In this document: positions 59,868 through 64,000 of the stretch, one piece after another
How the letters are laid out: each line of letters begins with the position of its first letter
How positions within the stretch are numbered: the stretch's first letter is position 1
From: a virus
Taxonomy: Duplodnaviria; Caudoviricetes
IMG/VR virus record: IMGVR_UViG_3300031669_005479
Location: 1-64,000 of that record
DNA: 64,000 nt
Direction: 5' to 3' (one strand)
Notes under the pieces: generated by a model
What the model was told of the DNA's origin: nothing
Database searches by the model: none
Seen by the model: the letters and a program-made list of their open reading frames with translations, nothing else
Translations under genes and position numbers: made by a program

Positions 59868-60532
59868 GCTTTATTCTTTTTTTGAATTTCACGTATTGTT
59901 TCGTATACAATTGTCCTAATCATTTCACTATTTTCTGTTAGCACCTCTTTTATTCTCTCAACCGCATACATTTCAATTATTGTGCTCTTAATTGCTTCTT
60001 CAAATATTGGTTCTAAATTTTCTGTTAGGTAACCGTTAACAATATTCTTTACATTTTCAGTTAGATACGCTTCATTTAACTGCATCGATGAATTAGTTGG
60101 TGGCTGATTTACCATTGGTCTACCAGTATTCGGCATACTAATATATCCCTGCATCGACTCACTTAACGTCTGTTTTCTCTTATTTTCAAGGTCTCGATAA
60201 AGTAATTCATCCCTTTCTGGAGATATATCCATTGGTATGCCAAGATTTATTCTCTCTGGTTGGTGTGTTGGTGCAGGTGTTTCATTAAGTGGAATTTTAA
60301 CCCCACCGCCATTTTTATCAACAGCCTTATTATTAACAGTTTTAACTAAATTTGATGATGCATTATCTCTACCACTTTTTAATGATTCGGTTAATTCATA
60401 TAAAAATTTATCTCTTGGAGATACACCACTATAATCTTGTCCATCACCTGATGGTGACGATACCGTATTTCTCTCTCTTTTACGATTATCAATTTCTACT
60501 CTAAGTTTATTTAAATCAGGTTTTGTTGCCAT
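59852..60532 (-). CDS. Hypothetical head-associated protein
   Basis: LTES, LNET, LSES, LNEA, LTEN motifs; GTATTTATA upstream. Confidence 0.55.
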   Translation of the reverse strand: MATKPDLNKLRVEIDNRKRERNTVSSPSGDGQDYSGVSPRDKFLYELTESLKSGRDNASSNLVKTVNNKAVDKNGGGVKIPLNETPAPTHQPERINLGIPMDISPERDELLYRDLENKRKQTLSESMQGYISMPNTGRPMVNQPPTNSSMQLNEAYLTENVKNIVNGYLTENLEPIFEEAIKSTIIEMYAVERIKEVLTENSEMIRTIVYETIREIQKKNKAKAQS

Positions 60533-60573
60533 TACAAAAAAAATATAAAATTTTATTATTTTTTATAAATACG

Positions 60574-61533
60574 TTACTTTTTGAAAAAAGTCTTTCTTTC
60601 AAAAGGAATTGACGGTGAATTCTTATCAATTTCTTGTATTGATTGAAATCCACTTTCCATTTCTTTTCCTTTCTTTTGATTTATATTTGCCTGTGTCTTA
60701 TTTTTTGTATCATTAAAAAATTTGTCATTTTCAGGTGCATTTTTTTTAACTATTGAATCATATAAATATGGTAGACTTCCAACAACAGCACTATCTGGAA
60801 TACGTTCTCTTTTTATGTCATTTGCAGTAACAAGTTGATAATTATTCTTATCATCAACTACCACAACATACGTATCCATACTTTTTTTATGAAACTTACT
60901 AGCCAAATCACGTAGTTTAATAACGTCACTAGAAGTAATTTTCGTTCTAGCTGCGTTTCCCCTCCTAATACCATCCCATTTTTGTCTTATAACGTCCCTA
61001 TTTGGTGATTCTTTACCATAAAATTCTTTATCATACCTATATTCGAAATTTGGTTGATTTTTTGTCGAAACATATGCATCAATACTGCTCATATCAGCAT
61101 CACCACCTTCATGATATCCTGCTGGTATCATTACTGCCCCATTTGAATCAACAAATTTCTTACCAATTGGTAGTATTTTTGTTATCTTATCAATACGAAA
61201 CAAACGCCATCCAGGTTTACTTCCTTCCTCATCAACCCAATAATCATGTTTTTCACTATCACGACGAGTTGGTTTATTATCAAAATGCCAACTATTTTTT
61301 GGATTATCCTGCCATGCCCTTAATACTTTATTTCCAGAATTTTTTTGTGTGCCAATAACATAAGGTCTTACTGTACGATATCCACTTGCAGTCTTTTCAT
61401 CACCAGTATAGTAAAGATACACCCATTCATGATTGTTAATAGCATCAACAATACTGTTTTCACCAACACCTTCAGTTATGAGATGTCGAAAATTTTTAAT
61501 GTTTTCAAATAATATTTTGACCTCTGATATCAT
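60574..61533 (-). CDS. WYL-like domain protein
   Basis: YRTVRPYVIG, LRAWQ, WRLFRIDKI; track start 61593, probable ATG 61533. Confidence 0.6.
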   Translation of the reverse strand: MISEVKILFENIKNFRHLITEGVGENSIVDAINNHEWVYLYYTGDEKTASGYRTVRPYVIGTQKNSGNKVLRAWQDNPKNSWHFDNKPTRRDSEKHDYWVDEEGSKPGWRLFRIDKITKILPIGKKFVDSNGAVMIPAGYHEGGDADMSSIDAYVSTKNQPNFEYRYDKEFYGKESPNRDVIRQKWDGIRRGNAARTKITSSDVIKLRDLASKFHKKSMDTYVVVVDDKNNYQLVTANDIKRERIPDSAVVGSLPYLYDSIVKKNAPENDKFFNDTKNKTQANINQKKGKEMESGFQSIQEIDKNSPSIPFERKTFFKK

Positions 61534-61543
61534 TGATATGTTA

Positions 61544-62122
61544 TTAACAATTTCCTTCTCCATATGGACGTGCCGATACATAGCGTCCAGCATTTTTACT
61601 CAATTCTTTAGTTCTTGCATTAATATCAATACTTGTACCGATTGTACCAGAATCTCCTTGTGGGTCTCTTCCCCTACAATCACCATCAGACATAACATCC
61701 TTATTCCCAATTGTATATTCATTGCTTGGTGTGTAGCCACAACCATTTTTTGCAATCAAACAATTTCTCATATTAATATCAATGTTTGTACCGATTATAC
61801 CCGAACTTCCTTGTGGGTCTCTCCCCCTACAATCACCATCAGACATTACATCCTTATTTGTTATATTATATTCATTACTTGGTGTGTAGCCACAGCTATT
61901 TTTAACAATTAAGCAATTTCTCATATTAATATCAATATTTGTACCGATTGTACCCGAATCACCAATTGGGTCTCTCCCTCTACAATCACCATCAGACATT
62001 ACATCTTTACTAGTTGAATTATATTCTTTGCCATCGACATAGCCACAAACATTTTTCACTAAATTACTCGTTCTAAATTGTGCACTATATGCCAATAAAT
62101 TGCTATTATTTTCGTCTGCCAT
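61544..62122 (-). CDS. Protein with three 51-aa tandem repeats plus a partial fourth
   Basis: KDVMSDGDCRGRDP occurs three times; 153-bp DNA period (ttaatatcaat at 61620, 61773, 61926). Confidence 0.8.
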   Translation of the reverse strand: MADENNSNLLAYSAQFRTSNLVKNVCGYVDGKEYNSTSKDVMSDGDCRGRDPIGDSGTIGTNIDINMRNCLIVKNSCGYTPSNEYNITNKDVMSDGDCRGRDPQGSSGIIGTNIDINMRNCLIAKNGCGYTPSNEYTIGNKDVMSDGDCRGRDPQGDSGTIGTSIDINARTKELSKNAGRYVSARPYGEGNC

Positions 62123-62166
62123 TTTTTAATTTTTTAGTATTTCTAATTATTTACTATAAATACAAA

Positions 62167-62940
62167 TTATTCGTATTTTTTAAATGCTAATGTAATATAT
62201 TCCATTAAATGTGGTACAACATCCAAATATTTCATTTCACTTATATCATACCAACCATAATTAGTGTTTTCCTCATTTAATTTAATATCAGTTGGTTCGC
62301 CCTTATACCTACAAGCAAATACATGCTCAATGCTGTCAGTATTGCGTTGAATGCTAAATGTTTTAATAAATTTTTTAATTTCTAATCCAGTCTCTTCACT
62401 TATCTCACGTTCAATCGCCTTTTGTGGTGTTTCGCCCTTTTCAATACCACCACCAACCAATGACCATTTATTTGGCATCCACATCTTACCATCATCTGCT
62501 CTCTTAAGCAGCAATATTTTATTATCCACATCTACGATAATTGCCACAGCATTTTTTTTCAAGTCTCCCTTATCTTCATTAAGCCTAGGTGTTTGATATG
62601 GTTTTAATTCTGAATTCGGATTCGTATTCATATCCTGTTTAATTTTTTTACTACTTGCTACAGCATGCCTATCTTGATTCAATGTTGTTTCAACAAATCC
62701 TTTCATTAAATCACCACCAGCAAGTTCATATTGTGCATTGTCATTAGATTGAGAATCGTGATGATCAAAAAAATTTTTCAAACGCTTTAGTGCCTGATAT
62801 GTGATTACACCGTTATTAACTATGAATTTTGCCCTTTTAACGCCAGACCCATTCGGATTGGATATCAACATAGTCTGTATGTATTTAACTACGTTAGATG
62901 GCACTTTATATGATTTATTATACAATTCCTGATTTGCCAT
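62167..62940 (-). CDS. N-terminal unknown domain + NUDIX hydrolase
   Basis: GGGIEKGETPQKAIEREISEETGL Nudix box after RLNED. Confidence 0.85.
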   Translation of the reverse strand: MANQELYNKSYKVPSNVVKYIQTMLISNPNGSGVKRAKFIVNNGVITYQALKRLKNFFDHHDSQSNDNAQYELAGGDLMKGFVETTLNQDRHAVASSKKIKQDMNTNPNSELKPYQTPRLNEDKGDLKKNAVAIIVDVDNKILLLKRADDGKMWMPNKWSLVGGGIEKGETPQKAIEREISEETGLEIKKFIKTFSIQRNTDSIEHVFACRYKGEPTDIKLNEENTNYGWYDISEMKYLDVVPHLMEYITLAFKKYE

Positions 62941-62942
62941 AA

Positions 62943-63569
62943 TTATTTACGATTTATCTCAAGCAAATTAATTAACTTATCAATATCCTTCTTGTCTAAC
63001 TTATTGATTAAACCAGCAACCTTTTCGATTTTTTTATCCTTTATTTCGCTATTACTACTTCTCTTAGTAATCTCATCTTCGTTTTTTTTATCAACCATTT
63101 TATCTTCAACAACATTACCCTCATCAATATTTTTGGGTTCATCAAATGCTTTTTTAAAATGTTTTTCAATAACGCTAATAATCTTTTTTGCCCACTTAAC
63201 ATTATTTGTTTCAGATTCGTGCGAATATTCACTTTCAGATGCCTTTCTAAAATCAGACTTTAACTTATTTGGATTTCTATAGTAATATTCGAGAGTTTCC
63301 ATGTAATTGTCTCGCATTAACTCAGTTAATTCATCTAACATTTCGGTTTGTCCTGAATTTTCAACACCTTCCATAAACGGCATGAGTGTAAAACCAAAAC
63401 GACCCAACATATCATAACGATATGGTTGAGTCCCGATTTTGGCATTGTAATCAGTAGTATTTTTTGCCTGTGTATCTGCGTTAGCATCTACTTCTGGCAT
63501 ATCATTTGCACCAATTAATTCACTATTACTATCAATTATTTCATATAAATCTTTCTTTTTCAACTTCAT
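62943..63569 (-). CDS. Hypothetical protein
   Basis: GTATTTATA upstream. Confidence 0.6.
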   Translation of the reverse strand: MKLKKKDLYEIIDSNSELIGANDMPEVDANADTQAKNTTDYNAKIGTQPYRYDMLGRFGFTLMPFMEGVENSGQTEMLDELTELMRDNYMETLEYYYRNPNKLKSDFRKASESEYSHESETNNVKWAKKIISVIEKHFKKAFDEPKNIDEGNVVEDKMVDKKNEDEITKRSSNSEIKDKKIEKVAGLINKLDKKDIDKLINLLEINRK

Positions 63570-63603
63570 GATTGCATATTTTCATATAAATACTTATTAT
63601 TTG

Positions 63604-63933
63604 TTAATATGCACTATCACTATCGTCAACATCTAAATATTCAACAGCAGCATCCTCAACACTACATTCCAGTTCTTCAACAAAATCATTAAACGCAATG
63701 CTAGAATTTTCAATTTCAGCAAATACTTGTTCCATTGTAGCAACCAGTGGAATTCCAAATTTTTGTTTAAATTGTATAAAGTATTTTCTTCTCAATTCTT
63801 GCTGTGCTTCGAGAAAAATATCCCTATCTGTTTTAACTGAAAGTTCATTAACCTCTAATTCGCTAATCTTCTTTTGGTTTTCTTCAATAATTCTATCAAG
63901 TTCAAGTTCAACACTACTTTTAGGAATGTCCAC
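63604..63933 (-). CDS. Hypothetical protein
   Basis: ORF near the window edge; start uncertain. Confidence 0.5.
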   Translation of the reverse strand: MDIPKSSVELELDRIIEENQKKISELEVNELSVKTDRDIFLEAQQELRRKYFIQFKQKFGIPLVATMEQVFAEIENSSIAFNDFVEELECSVEDAAVEYLDVDDSDSAY

Positions 63934-64000
63934 ATTTGATCTAATAATCTGAATATAAACGCCATTATATTTACCAACATGATAGTTGCTGCTATCCTTT

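Noticed and set aside
61550-62078. DGR template/variable repeats
   Set aside because: The repeats are in-frame tandem units within one ORF, the differences are not confined to adenines, and there is no reverse transcriptase in the window.
1558-63952. Antisense track ORFs (e.g. +1558..1914, +2276..2485, +17280..17654, +48639..49079, +61433..61912)
   Set aside because: They are shadows of better-supported genes on the opposite strand, with no recognisable motifs or promoters.
1-64000. Cognate integrase in the window
   Set aside because: No ORF shows tyrosine-recombinase R-H-x-x-R..Y motifs that I can recognise; it may lie outside the window or be supplied by the host.
1-64000. Stop-codon reassignment
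   Set aside because: Long conserved genes (1108, 1331 and 1460 aa) are intact under the standard code and coding density is high.

Overview
AT-rich segment of a large tailed phage genome, probably a contractile-tailed jumbo phage. The host is probably Bacteroidota, because eight TAnnTTTG -7 boxes sit upstream of genes. The standard genetic code gives long intact ORFs. 1-2.7 kb: an array of seven small single-ORF units separated by eight imperfect hairpin sites with the architecture AAC-N1-2-stem-loop-stem-N4-5-GTT. Each unit has its own pair of mutually complementary 9-16 bp ends. This is the signature of integron-type gene cassettes, and no integrase is present in the window. It is the strongest candidate for an undescribed system. 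2.7-7.4 kb: ATP-grasp / PurA-like / vWA / J-domain-kinase-like / HAD module. 7.5-14.7 kb (+): accessory enzymes (3D domain, HD, two DEDDh exonucleases, thioredoxin, HAD, GNAT-like, SLT). 14.9-35.6 kb (mostly -): patatin, GH25 lysozyme, amidase-like, dCMP deaminase, SbcD-SbcC fusion, Hsp20, ECF sigma, primase, phosphoesterase, RuvC-like. 35.7-48.6 kb: tail/baseplate module. 50-64 kb: glycosyltransferase, an RNA-repair-like cluster (HAD, 2H, CCA-2H), a 3-kinase + ART-like polyvalent protein, WYL-like, repeat and NUDIX proteins; many carry hydrophobic-x-Glu motifs resembling prohead-protease sites. Three promoter classes are visible. All family calls are motif recognition by eye, not database searches.
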